From NCBI GenBank assembly GCA_963745835.1, contig CAVUZH010000013.1:1-64000 (forward strand): 64,000 nucleotides of DNA, in the 5' to 3' direction. This document shows positions 21,610 through 30,229 of the stretch, piece after piece. Numbering within the stretch: position 1 is the stretch's first letter; each line of letters begins with the position of its first letter. Origin of the DNA: an uncultured delta proteobacterium (GTDB taxonomy: Bacteria; Desulfobacterota; Binatia; UBA9968). Both the position numbers and the translations under genes were made by a program. The notes beneath the pieces were generated by a model. It had not been told where the DNA came from and ran no database searches. It saw only the letters and a program-made list of their open reading frames with translations.

Positions 21610-21896
21610 AGGTCAGTTTTTTATCGCTGGCGCAGAAGGAACTCGATGATGCTGTTGCCTGGTACAACGAACAGGTGTCTGGGTTGGGTATAGAGTTTCT
21701 CGATGAGCTGGACAGAGCTGTTCGGCGGGCCGCGACTTTTCCTCTGTCCTGTCCAGAAATCGAACCAGGAATTCGCCGCTGCCTTGTGACCCGTTTCCCG
21801 TACGGAGTAGTTTACGGAGTGGATGGTGAAAACATTGTAATAATCGCTGTTGCACACCTACACAGAGAACCCCGCTATTGGCTAGATCGTAAATAA
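21606..21896 (+). CDS. RelE/ParE family toxin
   Basis: AQKELDDAVAWY...LGIEFLDE...RRCLVTRFPYGVVY...IIAVAHLHREPRYW. Confidence 0.92.
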   Translation: MKVSFLSLAQKELDDAVAWYNEQVSGLGIEFLDELDRAVRRAATFPLSCPEIEPGIRRCLVTRFPYGVVYGVDGENIVIIAVAHLHREPRYWLDRK

Positions 21897-21966
21897 CTTC
21901 CCGATGATATTTCCCGTCTTCGGTCGCCTCAAATAAACTTCACTGATTCGAGTAATCGACAATCGC

Positions 21967-22283
21967 GGTCGGGCATGAGTTATTGAGTTGTTTCCCAGCA
22001 ACTACCCACTTAGGATTTCGGAGCGATCTCCGTCGGGAAGAACCCACGGCAAGGTCGATTGAGTGCCTGAACATAGATTGAGCCATAACGGATCACGACA
22101 AGGCGTTACGTTAGCCGATGCCGGCCGGATTTGTTCGGCTTGTCTTAGCTGACTCTAGAGAACCTGAGCTTATTTAAACGCCGAGCGCCGCGTGCGGCCG
22201 AAGGCGTAATCGGAGGTCAGGGGTGTGAGTTATATGCGCCCGAACTTCCACGTTTCGGGAATTCCCCGAAACGTCGAAATGAG
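21967..22283 (+). repeat. ~290-nt array element, full copy ending in site A
   Basis: GGTCGGGCATGAGTTATTGA...GGTCAGGGGTGTGAGTTATAT...GAACTTCCACGTTTCGGGAATTCCCCGAAACGTCGAAATGAG. Confidence 0.9.
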
Positions 22284-22375
22284 AGGCCTCAGGGCAGCTT
22301 GGTGAGATGATTTGATCAATTTGGCGATACCCAACACCTCTCCCGAATAACTTTAGGTCAAGGCGAATCGTGAAT

Positions 22376-22822
22376 CTATCTGGAGGCGCTTCGATGAGAC
22401 AGAACCTTGAGAGAAAACGGTTTGTGGCGACGGATCAGTTCGAAATCGGCCCGATTGAACGTAAACAAGTCGGCTCCGATGCGGCGAGCACACAGCGCCA
22501 GCAGGATACCGTTCAGCATCTGTTGGACTTTCGACTTCCTACTGGGCTCTTGCCGCGTTACTCGCGCTATGATCGTGCCCGCCTCTTTCCAGTCAGAAAA
22601 GCCGGGAGCGATCACACGGCCGGTTCTTTCAAGAGCTCCGACGTACCTTTCCACGAGACGGATGGCTTGAATGTTAAGTGCTCCCGCGTAGAGCTCCTCG
22701 ACAACGACGCCAGCGAGGTAGGTTTGGAAAACCAGAGGCAGAAACTGGCGTTCAAATAACGCTGCGCCAGCCTCAGACTGTACGGCGTAAAGGTAAACAT
22801 TAGTGTCCAGGAGAATGGCCAC
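22376..22822 (-). CDS. vapC: VapC PIN-domain toxin
   Basis: ILLDTNVY...VVVEELYAGA...LFTFNRADF. The third acidic position reads LNGIL rather than the usual ND. Confidence 0.88.
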   Translation of the reverse strand: MAILLDTNVYLYAVQSEAGAALFERQFLPLVFQTYLAGVVVEELYAGALNIQAIRLVERYVGALERTGRVIAPGFSDWKEAGTIIARVTRQEPSRKSKVQQMLNGILLALCARRIGADLFTFNRADFELIRRHKPFSLKVLSHRSASR

Positions 22823-22825
22823 TGT

Positions 22826-23023
22826 CTAGTCGTAGACGTCCACGAACCGCCCGCGGCCTTTCCGTATCAAGTCCTTTAGGCTGGCTTGAATCTCTCGATT
22901 CGCGAGGGTTTCTTGGAGAGCCTTGGTCACTGCCTCGGTATTGCTTGAAGCCTTTAGAGTTTTTCGTGCCTTTCGAAGGAGCTTTTCACTTAACAGCACA
23001 GTAGTGCGCTTCTCGGTCGCCAT
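22826..23023 (-). CDS. VapB-like antitoxin
   Basis: KRTTVLLSEKLLRKARK...SNTEAVTKAL ribbon-helix-helix pattern, upstream of vapC. Confidence 0.8.
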   Translation of the reverse strand: MATEKRTTVLLSEKLLRKARKTLKASSNTEAVTKALQETLANREIQASLKDLIRKGRGRFVDVYD

Positions 23024-23259
23024 TTCATTCCCTCCCGGCTGCTAAGCTACCATTGTCCCGCAAACCCTTCAATTCAATGCTTGGGAAAGTGATGGTGGTC
23101 GTGCCTTGTGGGATCGGGGAAAAGCCGTACTCGTTGGGTGTGATTCTTAGGAGATGAAGGAGAAGGGATAAAGGATAAGCCAGAAAAGGACGTGAGCGTG
23201 ATGAACCGTGATCGTGTTCGGGGGTCGTGCTCGGAATTGGGGGCTCATGCTAACTCAGC

Positions 23260-23298
23260 GGAGTTTTCTACGTTTCGAGAATCCCGAACGTCGAGATG
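23260..23298 (+). repeat. Site A, degenerate
   Basis: GGAGTTTTCTACGTTTCGAGAATCCCGAACGTCGAGATG. Confidence 0.7.
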
Positions 23299-23444
23299 TC
23301 AATATTGGCGAATCCGATAATGGTACGAGACATTTTGCGCTTTACCCGCTTTACCAAAAGTCGATCCGGTTTGTGCTGGCGCAGGGTCGGCCTCTTTCCC
23401 CGACTTCCGGCAGGGTTTCGCGTGGTGGTTCACCACAGATCGAA

Positions 23445-23720
23445 CTAAGCGGCATGCTCCAAAGCGAGTCCCTTGATTCGCGAACGAACCGGGCTCAGTT
23501 TCTTCACGGTAATGGAAATGAGCGGTTGGCCCTTCTTGGCTTGCCTTTTCGCCCATCGTGCGCTCCACTGATTGAATTTTTGATTCCCGGCCAATTTCAT
23601 GAATACGATCGCATCGCGCGGAATCTTCTCCGTAATCTCCGGATGCTCCAAAACATACTTTTCAAACTCGAATAAAAGATCGAGATTCTTCTCTATCATC
23701 TTCTTTTCGGCTGACGTCAT
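23445..23720 (-). CDS. DUF5647-like protein (putative antitoxin)
   Basis: EKNLDLLFEFEKYVLEHPEITEKIP; paralogous to 27493-27756. Confidence 0.7.
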   Translation of the reverse strand: MTSAEKKMIEKNLDLLFEFEKYVLEHPEITEKIPRDAIVFMKLAGNQKFNQWSARWAKRQAKKGQPLISITVKKLSPVRSRIKGLALEHAA

Positions 23721-23776
23721 GGCCATTCTCCTCGCAAAAAGCGCCCTCGATATACAGACCAGTTTTGCTTGATCTC
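23717..23776 (-). pseudogene. C-terminal remnant of the upstream partner gene
   Basis: EIKQNWSVYRGRFLRGEWP* matches DINDNWDIYQQRFLRGDYP* at 27753. Confidence 0.7.
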
Positions 23777-23839
23777 CCGTTCGGCTCGCATGAGCACTGC
23801 GCCACAACTCAGCGGCAGTCTTCGTTTTTTGGCGGCAGA

Positions 23840-24163
23840 CTAAAGCTCTACCCGGAGCAACTCGCCCGAGCGGCTTTTCGCAATAGCCGCCAGCAGACTT
23901 GGGACAAGAGGAATGAGATCCTCAAGCGCATTGCTGGGTGCAATGAGCAGGATGATTCCGATACGTGATTGTGAGAGGTTTTGTTGAAACTCTAGATTGC
24001 GATCCGCGGTGACTAGAACCTCAAAACCCGCGGCCGCAGCAACACGAAGTAGCTCGCCGTTCTGAAGCCCGGCCCACCCGCGCTGCTGAACAGTGCTGAC
24101 ATCGTGCCCACCGATTTCTCTGGCGAGGTGACGCGGCAGTTGTTCATCGAGCAGCACGTGCAT
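23840..24163 (-). CDS. DUF5615 PIN-like toxin
   Basis: MHVLLDEQLP...GHDVSTV...GWAGLQNGELL...VLVTADRNL. Confidence 0.9.
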   Translation of the reverse strand: MHVLLDEQLPRHLAREIGGHDVSTVQQRGWAGLQNGELLRVAAAAGFEVLVTADRNLEFQQNLSQSRIGIILLIAPSNALEDLIPLVPSLLAAIAKSRSGELLRVEL

Positions 24164-24371
24164 CGGCCGTCAAAACTTCGTGCGCGTTTTCGAGAACGGC
24201 GATCGCCTGTTCTTTGGAGACTGTAGGGAACGCATCAAGAAACTCATCGATACCGTGTCCACGCTCGAGATAGTCAAACAGGTTTCGCAGAGGAACGCGC
24301 GTGCCGACGAACACCGGAGTCCCTCCCAGGATTTCCGGGTCGCTATGCACTACCGAAAGTCTTTTAGCCAT
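24144..24371 (-). CDS. DUF433 antitoxin
   Basis: DPEILGGTPVFVGTRVP...IDEFLDAFPTV. Confidence 0.93.
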   Translation of the reverse strand: MAKRLSVVHSDPEILGGTPVFVGTRVPLRNLFDYLERGHGIDEFLDAFPTVSKEQAIAVLENAHEVLTADARAAR

Positions 24372-24500
24372 AAAAGCTCCGTTGAGAACATACCTCCGAC
24401 CTTGCGCTTAACAATATATCCTATGCTCAGCGGCCCTCCAACTGTTCGAAAGAACGAGGCGTAATCTTGGATGACGGAACGAAGGCAACAGCACCCGCAC

Positions 24501-24807
24501 GGGCTCAGCCGTCAGTTATTGAGTTTTCCAACTGCAACTATCCGCTTCCGGATTTTCGGAGCGATCTCCTTCGGCGAACAACCTCGGCAAGGAAGGGCAA
24601 CATAAATTGAGCCATAACGAATAACGACAACCGCATTACGTTAGCCGATGCCGGCCGGATTGGGGTTCGTTGTTTTTAGCTGAGCCTGGCGAACTGAGCT
24701 ATCGAAACGCTGAGCGCAGTGCGGCCGAGGGGATAATCGGAGGTGGGTGCGAGTTATATGCGCCCGAACTTCCATGTTTCGAGAATTCCCCGAAACCTCG
24801 AAATGAG
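24501..24807 (+). repeat. ~290-nt array element, full copy ending in site A
   Basis: CAGTTATTGA...TTTTCGGAGCGATCTC...GCATTACGTTAGCCGATGCCGGCCG...GAGTTATATGCGCCCGAACTTCCATGTTTCGAGAATTCC. Confidence 0.9.
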
Positions 24808-24829
24808 AGACAAACCTGCGAGGGAAACT

Positions 24830-25078
24830 CTAACTCGCTTGAGCTAAAGGCTCTTGGTTTTGAATAACGATTTTGGGATTCGGGTTTTCGTTAGGGACCG
24901 GTAGCGATTGTTTTTTTAGCAGCTCGAGATGTTCCTCCATACCCCACCTGGCTTGATAAACGCAGTCTTCAATAGAGTGACCGATGCCGGTAAACCCTTC
25001 GAGATCCGGCGAGTAAAAGCCAAAAAACGTTGGATCATCCGTCGCTTCGATTACCAACGAATATTTTAGATCAATCAC
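24830..25078 (-). CDS. hicB: HicB family antitoxin (orphaned)
   Basis: YSLVIEAT...FYSPDLEGFTGIGHSIEDC...LPVP. Confidence 0.82.
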   Translation of the reverse strand: MIDLKYSLVIEATDDPTFFGFYSPDLEGFTGIGHSIEDCVYQARWGMEEHLELLKKQSLPVPNENPNPKIVIQNQEPLAQAS

Positions 25079-25092
25079 GGTACTTCTCCTCA

Positions 25093-25138
25093 CTATCGCT
25101 TCAAACCGGCAGCTTTCAGAATGGCGTTGCAAGTTCCC
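25093..25138 (-). pseudogene. C-terminal remnant of HicA toxin
   Basis: GTCNAILKAAGLKR* is a typical HicA ending and lies just upstream of hicB. Confidence 0.7.
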
Positions 25139-25284
25139 GTCGGGAAAGCCGTTCCTATTTAGTCAACGGTAACTTTTATGCCATTCAAATTGAACGACCG
25201 CTTTTGCAATTACAATTCTCTTGCTGGATTTCGCGAGAGAATGATACGAGTCTCAAGTCGTAACTTGTTCTTCTCGCCCGATGC

Positions 25285-25497
25285 TCAGGAGACTTTGCTG
25301 GCGTGGTGCTTGCGGACTTCTTCGAGCAATTCATCTACATTGAATTGCGAAAAATACTCCCGCCGCCATTCCTGATAGTCGAAAGGCTCGCGGGAAACCA
25401 ACGCGAGAAAACGCAACGCATCGACAGGGCCCAAGCTCTCGCTCAATGCCTGAACAGCCTGACGCCGCAACTCGTTTTCGGAAAGTTTTTTAGCCAT
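25285..25497 (-). CDS. Small putative antitoxin downstream of a PIN gene
   Basis: ELRRQAVQALSESLGPVDALRFL...FDYQEWRR; overlaps the PIN stop codon. Confidence 0.7.
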   Translation of the reverse strand: MAKKLSENELRRQAVQALSESLGPVDALRFLALVSREPFDYQEWRREYFSQFNVDELLEEVRKHHASKVS

Positions 25498-25699
25498 TGC
25501 CTGCCACCTCCTGCAAGTATGCCACAGGGTTAAGAACCCGTAAACTCAGGTCGAGGCGCCTGGCTCGTCGCACCATTATGTCATCACAGGTCAATACGAC
25601 TTCGGCGCCACCAATTTCCGCCGCTGCCAAATGCGCCGCATCCAAGGCGAGAATCCCCTGTTGCGCAAATTCCCGAGAGATCCCGCCAGACGTTTTCAA
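25490..25699 (-). pseudogene. 5'-truncated PIN-domain toxin
   Basis: LDAAHLAAAEIGGAEVVLTCDD...VLNP is the C-terminal half; no N-terminal D-T motif is present. Confidence 0.75.
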
Positions 25700-25782
25700 G
25701 AGTTATGCAAGGGATCGATCGACCACACTGCCGCATCTCTTCATTGGCCTTATCTCGGATTACAACTTTGACCCTGGACACC

Positions 25783-25827
25783 TTCCATGTTTTCGCAATT
25801 GCGAAAACATGATAAGCATCGCTGCCA
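25783..25827 (+). promoter_or_regulatory. Site B plus ArsR 5' stub
   Basis: TTCCATGTTTTCGCAATTGCGAAAACATGATAAGCATCGCTGCC. Confidence 0.75.
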
Positions 25828-25851
25828 GTCCCTAATTCCGCCTTGTTCTTG

Positions 25852-26181
25852 CTACGCCGCTCGGGGTGTGACGATGATGCGAGATAACTCCCGCTCGGAG
25901 GCTCCAAGACTGATAAGCGATCGAATCAGCAAATCGAGGGAAACCGATGGATCCCCTGCTTCCATCTTGGCCACACGCGATTGGCTCGACTGAAGTTTCG
26001 CGGCCAGGTCCAGCTGTGATAAGCCTTGTTGCTGCCGGCGCTGTCTCAAACCTGCCGCCAGCTTAATCTTTAAGTCGATATAAGCCGACTCCTCGTCGGA
26101 AAGACGCAGAAATTCTTTGACGGTGCCGATTTTCCAACCCTTCGCCTCCAAACGTTTTCTCTTTGCCCTACGCATTCGCAT
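25852..26181 (-). CDS. XRE-family HTH antitoxin, copy 2
   Basis: Protein nearly identical to 15179-15508. Confidence 0.9.
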   Translation of the reverse strand: MRMRRAKRKRLEAKGWKIGTVKEFLRLSDEESAYIDLKIKLAAGLRQRRQQQGLSQLDLAAKLQSSQSRVAKMEAGDPSVSLDLLIRSLISLGASERELSRIIVTPRAA

Positions 26182-26439
26182 AATCCTTCAGGTCGTTTTT
26201 ACCAGGCTGTTGAAAAAGCCCATCTACTTCGTTGCGCTCCATCGCCTCGCTCCAACGTACACCGGAGTACGCTTCTGCTCGTCGGTTGAGTCGCGCGCCT
26301 CGTATTTGAACATTTTTAATCAGCCTGAAGAGATTGCGCAGTGAAGCAAAAACCCCGCTTCCAACCTGGCTGTCGACGAGAATGGTGGGGTTTTAATTTC
26401 CCCCTGCAGCCAAACGAGCGGTTTATCTTCCGAGGTCAA
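26168..26439 (-). pseudogene. RelE/Gp49-like toxin disrupted by MITE, copy 2
   Basis: KPLVWLQGEIKTPPFSSTARLEAGFLL followed by the MITE at the same position as in copy 1. Confidence 0.75.
26203..26327. mobile_element. ~125-bp MITE-like element
   Basis: Near-identical to 15530-15653. Confidence 0.8.
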
Positions 26440-26494
26440 CAATCTAACTGTATGTCAAATATGACATGTCGTCAAGGAATATCAACGGATAGCG

Positions 26495-26756
26495 ACGTTA
26501 GCCGATGCCGGTCGGATGTTGGCTCTTTTTTTTAGCTGACCCTGCAGAACCTGAGTTTATTTCAACGGTGTGCGCAGCGTTCGGCCAAGGGGTGATCGGC
26601 GGTCAGGGCTGTAACTTATCTGCGCGGGAACTTCCACGTTTCGAGAATTCCCGAAACGTCGAAGTGAGAGCACTCTCCCATCTTCATGGCCTCACTCTTC
26701 GCTGACAACTTTGACCCTGCATACTTTCACGTTTTCGCAATTGCGAAAACATGATA
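26495..26756 (+). repeat. ~290-nt element right half, site A, linker and site B
   Basis: ACGTTAGCCGATGCCGG...TTTTTAGCTGACCC...site A at 26627-26668...site B at 26725-26756. Confidence 0.88.
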
Positions 26757-27070
26757 ACCATCGCTGCCGTGGAAGAGATCACCTATAGGCAATCGCGGCT
26801 GTGTCGTCTGCTCGGCATCCGGTGGCGTTTGCCGTAGTCGCCTTGCTCACCAACGGTAAAGACCTGAGCACCAGTGAGATAGCAAAGGCTATCGGCCGGA
26901 GCGTACCGCGCACGAGCAATATCTTGGGCGCGTTGAGGCTTGCCGAGTTAGTGCGCTATGAGACCGAAGGGAGATACGCGCGTTATCGACTGAAACATCC
27001 GCGCCCGATACGGAGAATTCTCGAGGCGCTTTCCGAGTTTGTAAAAACCACATCTGTGGCGCCCGGTTGA
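26751..27070 (+). CDS. ArsR-family regulator, full-length copy with a 1-nt frameshift near 26815
   Basis: Nearly identical to 20910-21230. Confidence 0.8.
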
Positions 27071-27134
27071 TCGCAACCCGTTCAAAGTTCAACGGTTCAA
27101 CAGTTCAATGGCAGACGGGAACTTCAGCGAAAAG

Positions 27135-27395
27135 TTATTTTTCTAGACCTAGACGCCGGCGCAGTTCGCTGGCCGAGATGGCGCCCTGTTTTTTAACGCG
27201 GTTTCTGGAGCGCTCGATAATAGCTACAAATTTGCGGCTCATACTGAGCGCTATAGTTTCCTCATCCGCGTTGCGGAGCGGAATCACAGCCGCGAACGGC
27301 TTGCCCCGTTTGATTACGATGACCGGATCTTTTCTTGCCTTTTCTGCATACTCGGAAAGTGGCCCGGACGTTTTTTTGAATTCAACTTTTGTCAT
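27135..27395 (-). CDS. Phd/YefM-like antitoxin (orphaned)
   Basis: LSEYAEKARKDPVIVIKRGKPFAAVIPL. Confidence 0.8.
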   Translation of the reverse strand: MTKVEFKKTSGPLSEYAEKARKDPVIVIKRGKPFAAVIPLRNADEETIALSMSRKFVAIIERSRNRVKKQGAISASELRRRLGLEK

Positions 27396-27445
27396 AATTT
27401 GATTGTCTCTCCGCCGATCCGCACCCGGCCCTTCTCTTTAATGCC
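27392..27445 (-). pseudogene. C-terminal remnant of a RelE-like toxin
   Basis: GIKEKGRVRIGGETIKL*, with its stop codon overlapping the antitoxin ATG (ATGA). Confidence 0.65.
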
Positions 27446-27492
27446 ATGCCTCCGCTTCGGCGAAACGAGCGTTACAGCGTCGACCGACTCGT

Positions 27493-27756
27493 CTAACCTG
27501 ACGCGCTGACCTCAAGTTCTTCAATGCGCGACCGAATGGGTTGAATGCGCTTGATCTTCACGTACACAATCCGCTGTTCTTTTTCAGCTTGGCGTTGTGC
27601 GCCTTCTTGACTCCACCGATTAAATTCTTGATCCCCTTCAACCAACATAGCCACCAATGCATTCTCTGGAATCCGTTCGGCGAAATCCGGGTGCTCCCGA
27701 ACATACCGGTCAAATTCAGTGACAAGCTCGGCATTTTTCTGCTCGAAAACATTCAT
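27493..27756 (-). CDS. DUF5647-like protein
   Basis: EQKNAELVTEFDRYVREHPDFAERIPENA. Confidence 0.72.
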   Translation of the reverse strand: MNVFEQKNAELVTEFDRYVREHPDFAERIPENALVAMLVEGDQEFNRWSQEGAQRQAEKEQRIVYVKIKRIQPIRSRIEELEVSASG

Positions 27757-28066
27757 GGATAATCTCCTCTTAGAAAGCGCTGTTGGTAAATATCCCAATT
27801 GTCGTTTATGTCTTTGTCCGCGAGATCCAGAGACTCAGCGTAACTCAACGCGATCTCTTGCTTGTCCTGATCACCCTTTAAGTTGTACCGATCACGATGA
27901 GCGAAGTCGTGGGCGCAATCGTACCAATCACCGGCTTCCAAACCCCTTCTTCGACTTCCACTTCCAGCTGCAACGTGAACGTGAGTAGAGTCCCTTTATC
28001 AGTTTTGTGATGATGGCGCTTTCGTGCATGTTCACCAAGACGAATGAGGTATTCCTTTTCAGCCAA
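27753..28066 (-). CDS. Small partner protein of DUF5647 (putative toxin), frameshift near 27925
   Basis: RKRHHHKTDKG...FTLQLEVE...WKPV / YDCAHDFAHRD...DINDNWDIY. Confidence 0.65.
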
Positions 28067-28180
28067 GAGTTATCCGCTTTCCTGATGTTAGCATTGTCGG
28101 ATTATACGCTGCCTCTATCTGAGGCTCAATCTGACATCTAAACCGCCGCGGGCAATCTATGTCCGCACGGTCATCGGGCC

Positions 28181-28420
28181 GTCAGGACGTGACTTATTGA
28201 CTCGTTTCCGTGTAACTATCCCTTCGAGAATTTTCGGATCGACCTCCTTCGGGGAACAAAGTGGCAAGCGAACTTTGAGCGCTGAATAGAATTTGAGCCC
28301 TCACGAATGACGACGCGCATTGCATCCAGCCGATGTCGGCCGACTTTGGGCTCTCGTTTTTTTAGCCGACCCGAGGACCCTGAGCTGATTTGAGCGGTGA
28401 GCGCAGCGTGCGGCGAGGAA
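28181..28420 (+). repeat. ~290-nt array element lacking its right end
   Basis: GTCAGGACGTGACTTATTGA...TTTTTAGCCGACCC...CTGAGCTGATTTGAGCGGTGAGCGCAGCGTGCGG. Confidence 0.82.
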
Positions 28421-28485
28421 TGGACGCTTCCAAGTTTCCACGAGGCGTCGCTAATGGCCGACTCTCGACCAATGATAAGATAGAA

Positions 28486-28710
28486 GCCGTTCCAAAGGTT
28501 TCACAGGTTCCAGCGGTTCCAAATGGCGAACCGTTCCACCACTGCGCTCTCCTCCGGATCGAGCCGTTCCGATCGTTCCAGTAGTTCCATCGCTACGCTC
28601 CGTCCAAAACGATGAGCTCGCAGGCTGTTAGAGGGTTCAAAGTTCAACGGTTCAACTGTTTAGCTACCGACGGGGCAATTCAGTTTCGAGAATTCGCGAA
28701 CGTGAAAACG
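28486..28710 (+). repeat. GTTCMA tract followed by degenerate site A
   Basis: GGATCGAGCCGTTCCGATCGTTCCAGTAGTTCC...GTTCAAAGTTCAACGGTTCAAC...GTTTCGAGAATTCGCGAACGTG. Confidence 0.7.
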
Positions 28711-28722
28711 ACTGGAGTAAAG

Positions 28723-29142
28723 TTATGACCGAGGGGGAAGGATGGTGAAGCGACCGATTCGAGACGGGCGATAAACTTGAAAGTCGCGACGATCCAAGGT
28801 GAAGATGCGGCGCAGCCGTTCGCGCTCGGCGACGCGCACCAACCCCGCATCCGCAAGGTCCATCGGCAGATCTCGGTACTTGCGCATCAGCTCTCTGATG
28901 CGCGGGATATCATCGATGTCTAGCGAAAGTATCTGAACGGCCCCGGACTGAATCATTTCCCAGAGCGCATCCTGGGCTCGCCAGTAGGCTCTTAACATAG
29001 ATATGGCCTCCGTCACGACCGGCCATACGGTAACCAGCGAATCGTCCAGCGAACTGAAAGTCTCTTGACAGCTGAGGTGATAGGGATCACTTCGGTCCAG
29101 CAAGGCCACCAGTGGCCCCGTGTCAACGAGAACGGCGGGCAC
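28723..29142 (-). CDS. vapC: VapC PIN-domain toxin
   Basis: VLVDTGPLVALL...WPVVTEA...MDLADAGLV...IFTLDRRDF. Confidence 0.92.
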   Translation of the reverse strand: MPAVLVDTGPLVALLDRSDPYHLSCQETFSSLDDSLVTVWPVVTEAISMLRAYWRAQDALWEMIQSGAVQILSLDIDDIPRIRELMRKYRDLPMDLADAGLVRVAERERLRRIFTLDRRDFQVYRPSRIGRFTILPPRS

Positions 29143-29181
29143 GAGCCCTCTCCCGCAAGAGCTTCGCAAATTTTTCGCCGG
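29122..29181 (-). pseudogene. C-terminal remnant of the cognate antitoxin
   Basis: TGEKFAKLLRERARARRSR* overlaps the vapC start; no N-terminal part is present. Confidence 0.5.
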
Positions 29182-29295
29182 TCCAAACTTAAACCTGGGC
29201 AGTTCGAATTGGTCCATCGACGCGTTCCGTCCTCGAAGATCGCTGCCGTTTAAGGTTCAAACGTTCAACCGTTCAACGACAGATAAGTCAGATTG

Positions 29296-29337
29296 GGAAC
29301 TTGCACGTTTCGAGAATTCCCGAAACGTCGAAATCAG
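29296..29337 (+). repeat. Site A after a GTTCAA tract
   Basis: GGAACTTGCACGTTTCGAGAATTCCCGAAACGTCGAAATCAG. Confidence 0.85.
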
Positions 29338-29380
29338 ATGCCAAGGAGTCGACTGTCAGCTCTTTCTCAGTGATAATCTT

Positions 29381-29776
29381 CTAGGACGGGAAGTGCTCGA
29401 CTATGACTTGACCGACCTTCTGATAGTGCGCATCTGTGGTGAGTATCTGAAGACCATGTTCCATGGCACTGGCGGCGATCCAAATATCGTTAGTGGGGAT
29501 CGGAGTTCCCGCTTTCCAGAGAGAATTCAGAATAACCCCGTATCTCTCGGCGGTTTCCTCCGTCACGTCGACAACATTGACTCGCGGTGAGCTAAGAAAT
29601 CGGCTAAGCTCTTCTTGGTTTCTGGCTCGTCGCCGGCCCTTGATAAACCCGGCCGCAAGCTCCCCGAGAACAATCGCGTTTACGACGATTTCGTCGGCCC
29701 GTTGCAGGCTAGTCTTGATAGCAGCATGACCCCGCATAAATGCTGAATAGGCAGAAGTATCGAGCAAAAGGCGCAT
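29381..29776 (-). CDS. vapC: VapC PIN-domain toxin
   Basis: LLLDTSAYS...IVLGEL...PIPTNDIWIAASA...LTTDAHY. Confidence 0.94.
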   Translation of the reverse strand: MRLLLDTSAYSAFMRGHAAIKTSLQRADEIVVNAIVLGELAAGFIKGRRRARNQEELSRFLSSPRVNVVDVTEETAERYGVILNSLWKAGTPIPTNDIWIAASAMEHGLQILTTDAHYQKVGQVIVEHFPS

Positions 29777-30033
29777 TACTTCCAGAGCTCAGGATCAATC
29801 GTCCGTTGCGCCGCCAAGGCTTTGTCAAAATCTGCGGCTTCCTTTTTGGACCACGATCCCGCCAAGCTATCGAGGTCCTCATGAACAGTTAATCGATTTT
29901 TACTCCGTACTGTGGCACGATTCTCCAGAAGACTAATGACCGCCTTATTGATGCTTGTCCCTTTACGATTGGCTTCCTGACGAATAGCTTTCGCCAGTTT
30001 TGCTGGAAGCTTTCTCAATGTTACGACTTTCAT
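29776..30033 (-). CDS. VapB/FitA-like antitoxin
   Basis: VTLRKLPAKLAKAIRQEANRKGTSINKAVISLL...DLDSLAGSWS. Confidence 0.85.
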   Translation of the reverse strand: MKVVTLRKLPAKLAKAIRQEANRKGTSINKAVISLLENRATVRSKNRLTVHEDLDSLAGSWSKKEAADFDKALAAQRTIDPELWK

Positions 30034-30229
30034 GGATTCCCTTCATGCAGCATGATGCAGCAGTCTGCTGCAATATAGCAAAAGTCCCTATGCTCGCAAA
30101 GAGCACGCTGGAATACCCGCGACTTTCAATTCCCGCTTCACAGATCAGGAGCCAAGTCTGCGCTATGCGGCTTGAGGATTGTTGATGATATCAGACAGCT
30201 CCCGGTCGATGCTCCGCTATAGGCAAGAG

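Noticed and set aside
29186-29205. Minus-strand codons also spelling ELPRF upstream of vapC
   Set aside because: Five residues with a different nucleotide sequence in a region with no supported ORF; treated as coincidence.
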